Both the position numbers and the translations under genes were made by a program. A stretch of 64,000 nt of DNA from Acidimicrobiales bacterium (GTDB lineage: Bacteria; Actinomycetota; Acidimicrobiia; Acidimicrobiales; Bin134): NCBI GenBank assembly GCA_965115985.1, contig OZ220474.1:2974707-3038706 (forward strand), written 5' to 3'. Shown one piece after another: positions 39,349-47,423 of the stretch. Numbering within the stretch: position 1 is the first letter of the stretch; every line of letters starts with the position of its first letter. The notes beneath the pieces were generated by a model. The model did not search any database and was not told where the DNA came from. It saw only the letters and a list, made by a program, of their open reading frames with translations.

Positions 39349-39422
39349 GGGCGCGTAGCTCAGATGGCAAGAGCGCTTCCCTTACAAGGAAGAGGCCGGG
39401 GGTTCAAGTCCCTCCGCGCCCA
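39349..39422 (+). tRNA. tRNA-Val (anticodon TAC)
   Basis: Acceptor GGGCGCG/CGCGCCC, anticodon arm CTTCC-CTTACAA-GGAAG, T-arm GGGGG-TTCAAGT-CCCTC, discriminator A. Confidence 0.92.
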
Positions 39423-39430
39423 CCTCTCCG

Positions 39431-39540
39431 GGCGGAATACGCCTCGATGGAATGTCCGCTTTCGGGCGGGATACGCTCGTAGGCAATGGGGTACGCCTCG
39501 ATGGAATGTCCGCTTTCGGGCGGGATACGCTCGTAGGCAC
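39431..39540. repeat. 54-bp x2 tandem repeat immediately 3' of tRNA-Val
   Basis: tacgcctcgatggaatgtccgctttcgggcgggatacgctcgtaggca occurs at 39438 and 39492. Confidence 0.92.
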
Positions 39541-39566
39541 GCCGGATATCGAGGGGGAACCGACCC

Positions 39567-40856
39567 ATGCCCAGCCCAATGGTAGACGTTGACCGGAGCA
39601 ACTCTCCCTACGTCATCGTTTCGTCCGATACCCACGCCGGATTGTTCGTCGAGGATTACCGGGAGTACCTCGAGTCGTCGGTCCATCCCGAGTTCGACGA
39701 GTGGCTGGTCACCCGCCATCGGCACCGGGCAATGGTGGAGGAGGTCAACGGCGAGTACGTGGAGCAGTGGGAGCGCGACAACGAGATCGGTCTGAAGGGG
39801 GCCTACGATCCCGAGATTCGTGACAAGACCCTTGACGCCGATGGGGTCGCGGGCGAGATCATCTTTGCCGACGGCGACGCGGTCACCGGTATGGAGTCCC
39901 CGCCGTTCGGAGCCGGTCTGTCCGCCGGGCAGATAACCGATTCCCGGCTCGCCTGGGCCGGAGCCCGGGCCCACAACCGTTGGCTGGAGGAGTTCTGCGC
40001 CACCAACCCGCCGCGCCGGGCCGGTGTCGCCCTGGTGCCGGTGACCCACGGGGTGGAGGAGTCGGTGAGGGAGATCGAAGCACTGGCCGGCAAGCCCGGC
40101 ATCAGGGGCATCATGATCCCGACCATGTGGCACGAACACCCGTCCTACGGTCACCAAAGCTATGAGCCGGTGTGGGCCGCCTGCGCCGAGGCCGGTCTGG
40201 TGGTCCACACTCACTCGGGCGAGGCCGACACCCCGTCGTACAACGAGAACATGGCCCAGTACATGCTCGAGGTTGCGTTCTGGACCCACCGCCCCTTGTG
40301 GCAACTGTTGTTCTCCGGTGCCTTCGACCGTCACCCCGGCCTGCGGTACGTGCCGGTGGAGTGCGGTTCATGGTGGCTCGGTGATCTGCTGTTCAAGGCC
40401 GACGCCATGTTCGGGGGACGCAACTGGAAGGTGAAGAAGATGAGCTCGCGCACCCGGGGCCTCATCCGGCGTCTGCCGTCGGAGTACATCGGCACCAACG
40501 TGTTCATCGGAGCCTCCACCATGAGCAAGGTGGAGCTGCGGAGGCGCTACGCCAACGGTGTGGATGCGCTGATGTGGGGTACCGACTACCCCCATCCCGA
40601 GGGAAGCTGGCCCAACACGGTCGAGCGTCTCGAGACCGACTTCCAGCAAATCCCGGTCGAGGAGACCCGCCTCTTGCTCGGACTCAACGCCGTGCGCTGC
40701 TACAACCTGGATATCGACGGTTTGTCGATCATCGCCGACCAGATCGGCCCGACCCCCGAACAGCTCAACCAGAACCTCGATCTGCGAACCGACCCCAACG
40801 CCATCCGCGAGGCCCGGTTCTGGTTCGACGACTACAACATCGACTGGCCCGGCTGA
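39567..40856 (+). CDS. Amidohydrolase-family (Amidohydro_2-like) metal-dependent hydrolase/decarboxylase
   Basis: 429 aa: VIVSSDTHAG at the N-terminus, HTHSGE, and WGTDYPHPEG near the C-terminus, matching the TIM-barrel amidohydrolase_2 pattern. Confidence 0.65.
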   Translation: MPSPMVDVDRSNSPYVIVSSDTHAGLFVEDYREYLESSVHPEFDEWLVTRHRHRAMVEEVNGEYVEQWERDNEIGLKGAYDPEIRDKTLDADGVAGEIIFADGDAVTGMESPPFGAGLSAGQITDSRLAWAGARAHNRWLEEFCATNPPRRAGVALVPVTHGVEESVREIEALAGKPGIRGIMIPTMWHEHPSYGHQSYEPVWAACAEAGLVVHTHSGEADTPSYNENMAQYMLEVAFWTHRPLWQLLFSGAFDRHPGLRYVPVECGSWWLGDLLFKADAMFGGRNWKVKKMSSRTRGLIRRLPSEYIGTNVFIGASTMSKVELRRRYANGVDALMWGTDYPHPEGSWPNTVERLETDFQQIPVEETRLLLGLNAVRCYNLDIDGLSIIADQIGPTPEQLNQNLDLRTDPNAIREARFWFDDYNIDWPG

Positions 40857-40900
40857 GCATCGACTGGCCCGGCTGAGGGTCGGTTGGTTCGGCTGAGCAT
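40838..40900. repeat. 20-bp x2-3 tandem repeat containing the amidohydrolase stop codon
   Basis: catcgactggcccggctgag occurs at 40838 (TGA 40854-40856) and 40858, with a degenerate ggttcggctgagcat at about 40886. Confidence 0.85.
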
Positions 40901-40942
40901 TGCACGGGACTGGCCTGCGGTAGTGCCTGATACATTCTGGTT

Positions 40943-41737
40943 GTGGAGATTCGGCGATTGGGCGGAGCGCTGGGTGCGGAGGTGGTGGGGCTCGATACGG
41001 CTCGGGAAGTGGACGGCGATGGGTTCGATGCGGTACGCGACGCTCTCCATCAGAATGGTGTGATCTGCATCCGGGATCAGGGGGCGATGACCCCCGAGGA
41101 ACAGCTTGCCTTTGCCGCCCGATGGGGGCCGATCTCCATCCACCCCTACGTGCCGTCGATCGAGGGGCATCCCGGGATCATGAGGATCTACGACCCGAAC
41201 CCCATCACCCAGACCTGGCATTCCGATTCGACCCACATGCGCGAACCTCACGCCTACACCCTGTTGCTGGCCCGGACTCTGCCCGAGGTGGGGGGCGATA
41301 CGATGTTCGCCAGCGCCACCAAGGCGTTCGAGTCGCTTTCGTCCGGGCTCCGGTCGATGTTGCGCTCCCTCTCGGCCGTTCACGAGGGCACCGATCGAGC
41401 CGCTGATGCCGGGTTGGACCACGATTCGGTGGTGGCGATCCATCCGGTGGTGATAACCCACCCGAGTACCGGGGCCGAGGCGCTGTTCGTCAACGACAAC
41501 TACGTGACCCGCATTGATGGGTGGACCCCCGAGGAAAGTCGCCCGCTTCTGGAGTACCTCTATTCGGTGGTGGGGCGTTACGAGAACACCTACCGGCATC
41601 GCTGGCGCGAGGGCGATCTGGTTGTCTGGGACAACCGATCCACCCAGCACGCCGTGGTCGGTGACGTCGGTGGAGCCGAGCGGGTGCTTCATCGGGTCAC
41701 GATTGCCGGGAGTGCTCCTGTTCGATCCGCTGCCTGA
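40943..41737 (+). CDS. TauD/TfdA-family Fe(II)/2-oxoglutarate dioxygenase
   Basis: The WHSDSTH (HxD) iron motif, ARTLPEVGGDTMFAS, and a C-terminal WDNRSTQHAVV...R.LHRVTI. Confidence 0.9.
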   Translation: MEIRRLGGALGAEVVGLDTAREVDGDGFDAVRDALHQNGVICIRDQGAMTPEEQLAFAARWGPISIHPYVPSIEGHPGIMRIYDPNPITQTWHSDSTHMREPHAYTLLLARTLPEVGGDTMFASATKAFESLSSGLRSMLRSLSAVHEGTDRAADAGLDHDSVVAIHPVVITHPSTGAEALFVNDNYVTRIDGWTPEESRPLLEYLYSVVGRYENTYRHRWREGDLVVWDNRSTQHAVVGDVGGAERVLHRVTIAGSAPVRSAA

Positions 41738-41813
41738 TCGGTCCGATCGGTTCATCGGGTCACGATTGCCGGGAGCGCTCCTGTTCGATCAGCAGCCTGA
41801 TCGGCCCGATCAG
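41688..41813. repeat. 63-bp x2 tandem duplication spanning the stops of convergent TauD and acyl-CoA dehydrogenase genes
   Basis: ttcatcgggtcacgattgccgggag occurs at 41688 and 41751. The TauD TGA (41735-41737) is in copy 1 and the ACAD stop (41810-41812, minus strand) is at the end of copy 2. Confidence 0.92.
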
Positions 41814-43393
41814 GTGGTCAGGTCGGCCAAACGCTCCAGGTGCTCGGCGGTTGTCCCGGCCCTGCTCTGGGCGGCCCACGCCCATTGGGCATAGGACGCA
41901 AGGACGTGGTCGGCGTAGTAGCCGTCCGCGCCGTGCAACTGGTGAGCGTCGGCCACGATGTTCAGCAAGTGTTCGTTGGCAACCACCTTGGCCCCTGATG
42001 CCAGGTAATCGTGCTGGGGTCCGGGAGGGGTTCTCGCGGCCTCCATGGCGGTGAGCTCCATGGCTTCGACCGCTATCGCCATATCCACGAATCGGTGGCG
42101 AGCAGCCTGAAAGTCCCCCACCGTCCTCCCGTACAACGGGCGCTGAAGGGCGTGGCGGGCGGTAACGGCCAGGATCCGCCGGGCGTGCTCCGCCATTGCC
42201 GCGCACTCAGCGACAACCGGGTCGTCACCCGGCGCGGTTGGGGCAGTGGCGGTCGATGGGTCGGCATCGGGGTCGAGCAGGGCAGTGGCGATCATGTCGC
42301 GGTGGGTCTCGTTGGCACCGACGGAGATGGTGGGGTGGATGGCCTCGAGGGCGTTGTACAAGTAAGGCGGGCCATCGCCGAACATCGGCGCCCACTCGGA
42401 TTCGCCGGCCCCGACCGCCGAGAGCGCACTCCGAGCGATGGTTTGGAGCAGCTCGGTGACGGTCACCTTGACCACCGAAGCCTCGTAGCCCACCGGTCGC
42501 CCGGTCTCCTCGAGGTCGATCAACCGTTGGCAGAAGGCCCGGACGCAAACCGCGTGCGCGTGCAGACGGGCCCGGTCCCGGGCCGGCAGGCCGGGGGGAA
42601 GCCTCTCCAACCAGCGCTCGGCCCACCCGTAGTGGGCCAGCGACCCCCTCTCGGTGGCCACCGCGGCCATTACCTGGGACCATCCCTCGCCCACCCGGCC
42701 CAGCACGCAACCATCATCCAGGCGTACCTGGTGGAAGGTGATCTCGTCCAGGGTCCACCGGTTTATGGTCGGCCTCCGGCGGACCCGCACCCCCGGTGCA
42801 TCCAGCGGGACCAAAAACATGGTCATCGACGAGCGGGGACTTCCCCCCGGGTCGGTCACCGCCAGCACCACGGCCACCTCGGCCTTGTGGGCTCCGGTCA
42901 CATGGGCCTTGGTGCCGGACAGTTCCCACCCGTCGGAGTGGCGCGTCGCGGTGGTCGAGATGGCGGCCAGGCTGTTGCCCGCACCGGCTTCGCTGTAGGC
43001 AATCGCCCCCAGAATGTCCCCCGAAACCATGGGGGCCAGCCACCGGCTCTTCTGGGCCGGGGTGCCGAAGCGGGAGAGCACGGATCCGCACAGGGTCACT
43101 CCGGTGTCGATGGACGGCGCACCGTGGTAGGCGGCTTCCCGATCGAACACGTGTTTCCAGGCCCGTGAACGTCCGCCACCGCCATCGGCGGTCGGCAGCG
43201 ACACCGCCGGCATTCCCCGGCGAGCGGCCTCTTTCTGGTGACGCAATTCGAAGGTTCGATCCAGTCCGGTGAGGTCGGAGGGATCGGTGTGCCCGGCCAC
43301 GTTCCCGGGTTCCATCTCGGTGCCGAGAAAATCACGAACCTCGTCGCGCCACCGGGCCAGTTCCGCCCCCAGTCGGAGTTCAGTGAGTCGCAT
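41810..43393 (-). CDS. Acyl-CoA dehydrogenase family protein (extended, 527 aa)
   Basis: ACAD N and middle domain pattern (GAIAYSEAGAGNSLAAISTTA...DGWELSGTKAHVTGA), plus a second helical C-terminal region ending LHGADGYY. Confidence 0.75.
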   Translation of the reverse strand: MRLTELRLGAELARWRDEVRDFLGTEMEPGNVAGHTDPSDLTGLDRTFELRHQKEAARRGMPAVSLPTADGGGGRSRAWKHVFDREAAYHGAPSIDTGVTLCGSVLSRFGTPAQKSRWLAPMVSGDILGAIAYSEAGAGNSLAAISTTATRHSDGWELSGTKAHVTGAHKAEVAVVLAVTDPGGSPRSSMTMFLVPLDAPGVRVRRRPTINRWTLDEITFHQVRLDDGCVLGRVGEGWSQVMAAVATERGSLAHYGWAERWLERLPPGLPARDRARLHAHAVCVRAFCQRLIDLEETGRPVGYEASVVKVTVTELLQTIARSALSAVGAGESEWAPMFGDGPPYLYNALEAIHPTISVGANETHRDMIATALLDPDADPSTATAPTAPGDDPVVAECAAMAEHARRILAVTARHALQRPLYGRTVGDFQAARHRFVDMAIAVEAMELTAMEAARTPPGPQHDYLASGAKVVANEHLLNIVADAHQLHGADGYYADHVLASYAQWAWAAQSRAGTTAEHLERLADLTT

Positions 43394-43422
43394 CGCCGAC
43401 CAGGGGATCAGGCGGCCACCGC

Positions 43423-43863
43423 TCAGCAGTCGGCGCAGTGGCCGTGGAGGTCAAGGCTGTGGTGGGCGGGGGTGAACCCGGTGCGCTCGGCGATGTCGTC
43501 CAGGCTCCGGTGAACGAGATTCTCAAGATCGTTCTCGAGATGGATGTCCTCGATGGTGCCGCAGCCGATGCAGATCATGTGATGATGGTGCCCCAGCAGG
43601 GGCTCGGCCAGTTCAAAGTGGACCCGATCCCCCCCGGAGACGATACGACGGACGACCCCGCTGCGAACCAGCAGATCCAGATTGCGGTACACCGAACTCG
43701 GGGCCAAATCCGGGTCGGCCGCCACGATGTCGGGCAGGGTCATCGGCTGGTCGGAACCGTGGATCACCTCGATGAGCTTCCTCCGGCCTTTGGTGTAGCG
43801 ATGATCCTGGCGGGCCAGCTTGGCTCCTACCTGTAGGTGAAGTTCGTTCAAATAGCTTCTCAT
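43423..43863 (-). CDS. zur: Fur-family metalloregulator, probably Zur
   Basis: 146 aa from ATG 43863 (alternative 43896). Winged-helix part: RYTKGRRKLIEVI...MTLPDIV. Metal sites: HHHHMICIGCG...HGHCADC. It is divergent from a znuA-type gene. Confidence 0.8.
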   Translation of the reverse strand: MRSYLNELHLQVGAKLARQDHRYTKGRRKLIEVIHGSDQPMTLPDIVAADPDLAPSSVYRNLDLLVRSGVVRRIVSGGDRVHFELAEPLLGHHHHMICIGCGTIEDIHLENDLENLVHRSLDDIAERTGFTPAHHSLDLHGHCADC

Positions 43864-43924
43864 ATGAGGGTATTCGAGGATTTGACCGCCATCCATGCCC
43901 AGTATTTCACCTGGGCCTGGCTGG

Positions 43925-43975
43925 TTGCGTCCATTGTTCGACATTTGTATAATAATGAGAATGATTACTAATATC
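43925..43975. promoter_or_regulatory. AT-rich divergent control region: candidate -35/-10 promoter plus Fur/Zur-box-like dyad overlapping the znuA start
   Basis: This is among the most AT-rich stretches of the window. TTGCGT (43925-43930), then 17 nt, then a perfect TATAAT (43948-43953). The 19-mer aataatgagaatgattact (43951-43969) matches 14/19 positions of the classical Fur box GATAATGATAATCATTATC. An ATG at 43961 lies 7 nt after the -10 box, so the mRNA could be leaderless. Confidence 0.5.
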
Positions 43976-45367
43976 AAAAAGGCGTTGGCCGGTGGCTTTG
44001 CTGCTCTGGCCGTTCTGGCCCTGGTGGCATCGGGTTGCGGTAACGATGACGATGCCGCCGACGGCCAAGTATCGGATGATCGGCCGACGGTGATGGCCAC
44101 CACCTCAATCTGGGCCGATGTGGTGACCAACGTGGCTTGTGACGGGCTGGCCGACGTGGTGACGCTGATTCCCCCGGGCGGGGATCCTCACGCCTTTCAA
44201 CCTTCCTTGCAGGACCGGGGCCGCATGGACGATGCCGTCATGATCGTGGCCAACGGTCTTGACTTGGAGGAGGGTGTGATCGACACCATCGAAGCGGTTG
44301 AGGAGGCCGGCACGCCGGTATTTCACGTAGCCGATCACGTCGAGACCATCGGATTCGCCCCCGGTATGGAGTTGGACCACGACGACGAGGACGATCACGG
44401 CGACGATCACGGCGACGAGGACGATCATGGCGACGAGGACGACCATGGCGAGGAAGATGGTGACCACGGCGAGGAAGAGGCTGACGATCATGGCGACGAG
44501 GACGATCATGGCGACGAAGATGGTGACCACGGCGAGGAAGAGGCTGACGATCATGGCGACGAGGACGATCACGGCGAGGAAGAGGCTGACCACGGCGAGG
44601 AAGAGGCTGACGATCATGGCGACGAGGACGATCACGGCGAGGAAGAGGCTGACGATCATGGCGACGAGGACGATCACGGCGAGGAAGAGGCTGACGATCA
44701 TGGCGACGAGGACGATCACGGCGAGGAAGAGGCTGACGATCATGGCGACGAGGACGATCACGGCGAGGAAGAGGCTGACGATCATGGCGACGAGGACGAT
44801 CACGGCGACGAGGACGACGGCCATGGGCACGACCATGGGGCGGAGGACCCCCATATTTGGTTCGATCCGGTGAAGGTGGCGGGCGCGCTGCCTGCGCTCG
44901 GCGAGGCTCTGGGGTCGGCTGCTGGTCTGGATGCTGATGCACTGGATGCTTGCGTGGCGGCATACCGGGAGGAACTGATGGCCCTCGACGCGGAGGTCGA
45001 GAGAATCCTGGAACCGATTGCCCAGGAGGATCGCCTGATGGTCACCAACCACGATGCCCTGGGATATTTCGCCGACCGCTACGGATTCCGGCTGATCGGG
45101 ACGGTTATCCCCGGCGGCTCATCCATGGGCACGGCCAACCCGGCCAACCTTCAGGAGCTGGTGGAACTGATCGACCAGACCGGAGTGCGGGCCATATTCG
45201 CCGAGTCCACGCACAGTTCCCAGGACGCGGAGGCTCTGGGCCGGGAGGCCGGTGTGCAGGTTGTGGTGCTGGATACCGGGTCGCTGGGTCCCGCGGGCAG
45301 CGATTCGGGCACCTACATAGGCTTCATGCGGGCCAACGCCCATAGGATCGCCATCGGCCTCGGCTGA
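43955..45367 (+). CDS. znuA: Metal (Zn/Mn)-binding lipoprotein of an ABC importer, ZnuA/TroA family, with giant His/Asp/Glu-rich loop
   Basis: Lipoprotein signal MRMITNIKKALAGGFAALAVLALVASGC. Cluster-9 SBP blocks: VMATTSIWADVV, GGDPHAFQPS, DPHIWFDP, VTNHDALGYFADRYGF. Between them lies an acidic/His segment of about 150 residues. Alternative starts are 43961 and 43895. Confidence 0.88.
   Translation: MRMITNIKKALAGGFAALAVLALVASGCGNDDDAADGQVSDDRPTVMATTSIWADVVTNVACDGLADVVTLIPPGGDPHAFQPSLQDRGRMDDAVMIVANGLDLEEGVIDTIEAVEEAGTPVFHVADHVETIGFAPGMELDHDDEDDHGDDHGDEDDHGDEDDHGEEDGDHGEEEADDHGDEDDHGDEDGDHGEEEADDHGDEDDHGEEEADHGEEEADDHGDEDDHGEEEADDHGDEDDHGEEEADDHGDEDDHGEEEADDHGDEDDHGEEEADDHGDEDDHGDEDDGHGHDHGAEDPHIWFDPVKVAGALPALGEALGSAAGLDADALDACVAAYREELMALDAEVERILEPIAQEDRLMVTNHDALGYFADRYGFRLIGTVIPGGSSMGTANPANLQELVELIDQTGVRAIFAESTHSSQDAEALGREAGVQVVVLDTGSLGPAGSDSGTYIGFMRANAHRIAIGLG
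44383..44835 (+). repeat. In-frame repeat region encoding the (DHGDEDDHGEEEAD)n loop; five perfect 42-bp units
   Basis: gaggaagaggctgacgatcatggcgacgaggacgatcacggc occurs at 44597, 44639, 44681, 44723 and 44765. More divergent copies lie upstream from about 44383. Confidence 0.93.
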
Positions 45368-45402
45368 CCGAATTTCCGGGCAAGCTGCGGTAGGTTCGGG
45401 AG

Positions 45403-46266
45403 ATGGAGTTCTTGACCAACCCGGTCGAGTGGTGGGTCGAGCCCTTCATCGACAACATCTTCATGCGCAATGCCCTGTGGTCGGGACTGCTGGCCGTTTT
45501 GACCACCTCGACGGTCGGAACCTGGGTGGTGCTCCGAGGGATGAGCTTCTTGGGCGAAGCTCTGGCTCACGGGGTGCTGCCCGGCCTGGCCATCGCTTTC
45601 ATCATCGGGGGTGATACCACCATTGGTGCGTTGGTGGCCGCCCTGGCCATGGTGGGCGGCATCAATATCGTTCGTAGTCACTCGCCGCTGCCCGACGACA
45701 GCACCATCGGGTTGCTCTATGTGGGATTCCTGGCCACGGCGGTGGTGATCATGTCCACCAGTTCGGGGGCGTACTCCGGTGAGCTCACCCGGTTCCTGTT
45801 CGGTTCGATCACCGGGGTGACGGACAGTGATCTTGTCCGCCAGCTCGTCATTGCCGGGATCGTGATGGTCGGGGTGGTGGTGCTGCACCGGGCGTTTCTG
45901 GTCTTGACCTTCGACATGGTCCAGGCTCGCCTCTTCGGATTCCGCCCCCAGTTGACCCACGCCGCTCTGCTGGCGCTTCTGGCCATCTCGATCGTGGCGT
46001 CGTTCCAAGCCGTCGGAAATCTGCTGGTGTTCGCGTTCTTGGTGGCCCCTCCGTCGGCCGCGGCCATGCTGGTGCGCCGGATCCCGGCAATCATGGTCGT
46101 CGCAGTTGGTCTCGGTGTGGTCTCGGTGGTGGTCGGTCTGCTCATCAGCTACCACCACGACACCGCGGCCGGTGCCACCATGGCGCTGGGGGCGGTGGTG
46201 CTGTTCCTGGTCGCTATTTTGATCCGGGCCTGCTTGGGGTCCTACAACGTCAGGTTGGCCACCTAG
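45403..46266 (+). CDS. znuB: ABC-3 family metal importer permease
   Basis: 287 aa with 8-9 TM segments: FMRNALWSGLLAVLTTSTVGTWVVLRGMSFLGEALAHGVLPG. Confidence 0.9.
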   Translation: MEFLTNPVEWWVEPFIDNIFMRNALWSGLLAVLTTSTVGTWVVLRGMSFLGEALAHGVLPGLAIAFIIGGDTTIGALVAALAMVGGINIVRSHSPLPDDSTIGLLYVGFLATAVVIMSTSSGAYSGELTRFLFGSITGVTDSDLVRQLVIAGIVMVGVVVLHRAFLVLTFDMVQARLFGFRPQLTHAALLALLAISIVASFQAVGNLLVFAFLVAPPSAAAMLVRRIPAIMVVAVGLGVVSVVVGLLISYHHDTAAGATMALGAVVLFLVAILIRACLGSYNVRLAT

Positions 46267-46370
46267 CTCGGGGGTTCGTCACCTGATCAGGGGGATTGGC
46301 CACCTAGTTCGGGGGTTCGTCACCTGATCAGGGGGATTGGCCACCTAGTTCGGGGGTTCGTCACCTGGTT
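46257..46370. repeat. 41-bp x2.7 tandem repeat beginning with the znuB stop codon
   Basis: ggccacctag occurs at 46257 (TAG 46264-46266), 46298 and 46339. Confidence 0.9.
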
Positions 46371-46407
46371 GAGGAACTGGGTGCCGGGCCGTCCAGGGCG
46401 GGGCCCA

Positions 46408-46902
46408 TCACCGGGCAGAGCCCATCGCCAGGGTGGCGGTCCCGGCCAGCACCGGGTGGGTGCCGTCACGAGCCAGCCAGACGTCGCACTCCACCGTGCC
46501 GTCGTCGCCCACCGAGGTGACCGAGCCACCGGCCTCCAGGCGATCACCGGCGAACACGTTGTCCAAGAAACGCACCCGTATCCGCCGGATGTGCTCGGTA
46601 CCACCGGCCCAGTCGGCCAGCATGTTCATCACGTAGGCCATGTTGTTGGGTCCCTGGTTCACGGGTTGATCCCCCATGCCCAGTTCCCGCACCGCCTCGA
46701 CGTCCCAGTGGATGGGGTTGGGGTCGCCGAGCAGGGCGGCCATGGTCTTCATTTTCTCGGCGTCCACCGACTCGATCACCATCCGGGGCAGATCGTCGCC
46801 CACCGACGGTGTCGGCCGCTTCGACGCACCGGGCGCAGGCGACCCGGACGGGGCCGGCCGGGACGGATCCTCGCCCACCGACGGTGTTGATACTGCGCTC
46901 AT
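46408..46902 (-). CDS. MaoC-like (R)-hydratase hotdog-fold protein
   Basis: From ATG 46902 the sequence reads GDPNPIHWDVEAVRELGMGDQPVNQGPNNMAYVMNML (hydratase 2 motif region). The Pro/Ser-rich N-terminus has a 75-bp-spaced direct repeat (46796 and 46871). Confidence 0.82.
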   Translation of the reverse strand: MSAVSTPSVGEDPSRPAPSGSPAPGASKRPTPSVGDDLPRMVIESVDAEKMKTMAALLGDPNPIHWDVEAVRELGMGDQPVNQGPNNMAYVMNMLADWAGGTEHIRRIRVRFLDNVFAGDRLEAGGSVTSVGDDGTVECDVWLARDGTHPVLAGTATLAMGSAR

Positions 46903-47357
46903 GTCGATCTCCGAGGATAGATGAAGGAGTTGGACACCACTCCGGCCACGTCGCCGTCGGGGGCCACCACCTCCAGCCGGAAGGCCACTATGTCGAAGGT
47001 GCCGGTCCGGGTGCCCTGCTTGCGCACCGCGCTGGTGATTTGCCCCCGCACGGTGTAGGTGGTGCCGACCTCCAGGGGGCGGAGTTGGCGGAGGTCGGAT
47101 TCTCCGAACATGGGGCCGTCGTCGGCCGACGCCCGGCACAGGGTGAACAGCTCGTCGATGCTCAGGCCCATGCCGGCCATGGCCGCGTAGTAGCAGAACA
47201 TGGGGTGGGCGATACCGTCGGTGTGCTGGGGCGCACCCACCACGTCGTTGGTCAGCCATACCCGCCAGGGCTCGACGGTGTAGGTACCGCCCGGGAACTG
47301 CCACCCCACCAGGGCCTCCAGTTCCTCGACGGTCGGAATTGCGGGTAGATCGCTCAT
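46899..47357 (-). CDS. Hotdog-fold protein, MaoC N-terminal-like partner subunit (HadA-like arrangement)
   Basis: 152 aa, overlapping the downstream MaoC gene by ATGA. It has the FAS1-DH-N/UPF0336-like pattern (WQFPGGTYTVEPWRVWL...HPMF). Confidence 0.7.
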   Translation of the reverse strand: MSDLPAIPTVEELEALVGWQFPGGTYTVEPWRVWLTNDVVGAPQHTDGIAHPMFCYYAAMAGMGLSIDELFTLCRASADDGPMFGESDLRQLRPLEVGTTYTVRGQITSAVRKQGTRTGTFDIVAFRLEVVAPDGDVAGVVSNSFIYPRRST

Positions 47358-47423
47358 CGGTTCACCACCGGCAGGCCTCGGGGTGGATCGCTCATCGGTT
47401 CACCACCGGCAGGCCTCGGGGAT
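47348..47423. repeat. 38-bp x2 tandem duplication of the LLM-stop / hotdog-start junction
   Basis: gatcgctcatcggttcaccaccggcaggcctcgggg occurs at 47348 and 47386. The start used is in copy 1 (CAT 47355-47357) and the stop used is in copy 2 (TCA 47400-47402). Confidence 0.93.

Noticed and set aside
43895-43954. Track start at 43895 for znuA (MPSISPGPGWLRPLFDICII...)
   Set aside because: It would bury the lipoprotein signal peptide (MRMITNIKK...VASGC) 20 residues inside the protein and would read through the AT-rich promoter/Fur-box region.
44105-45052. Minus-strand ORFs antisense to the znuA repeat region (for example a 315-aa ORF with an IVLVAMIVSLFLAV repeat)
   Set aside because: The apparent hydrophobic repeat protein is simply the reverse complement of the GAT/GAC/CAT/GAG-rich repeat. 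The sense strand has clear ZnuA flanks.
46408-47304. 298-aa ORF 46408-47304 as a single gene
   Set aside because: Only its C-terminal 164 codons (from ATG 46902) show MaoC homology. The upstream part overlaps the well-formed 152-aa hotdog ORF in another frame.
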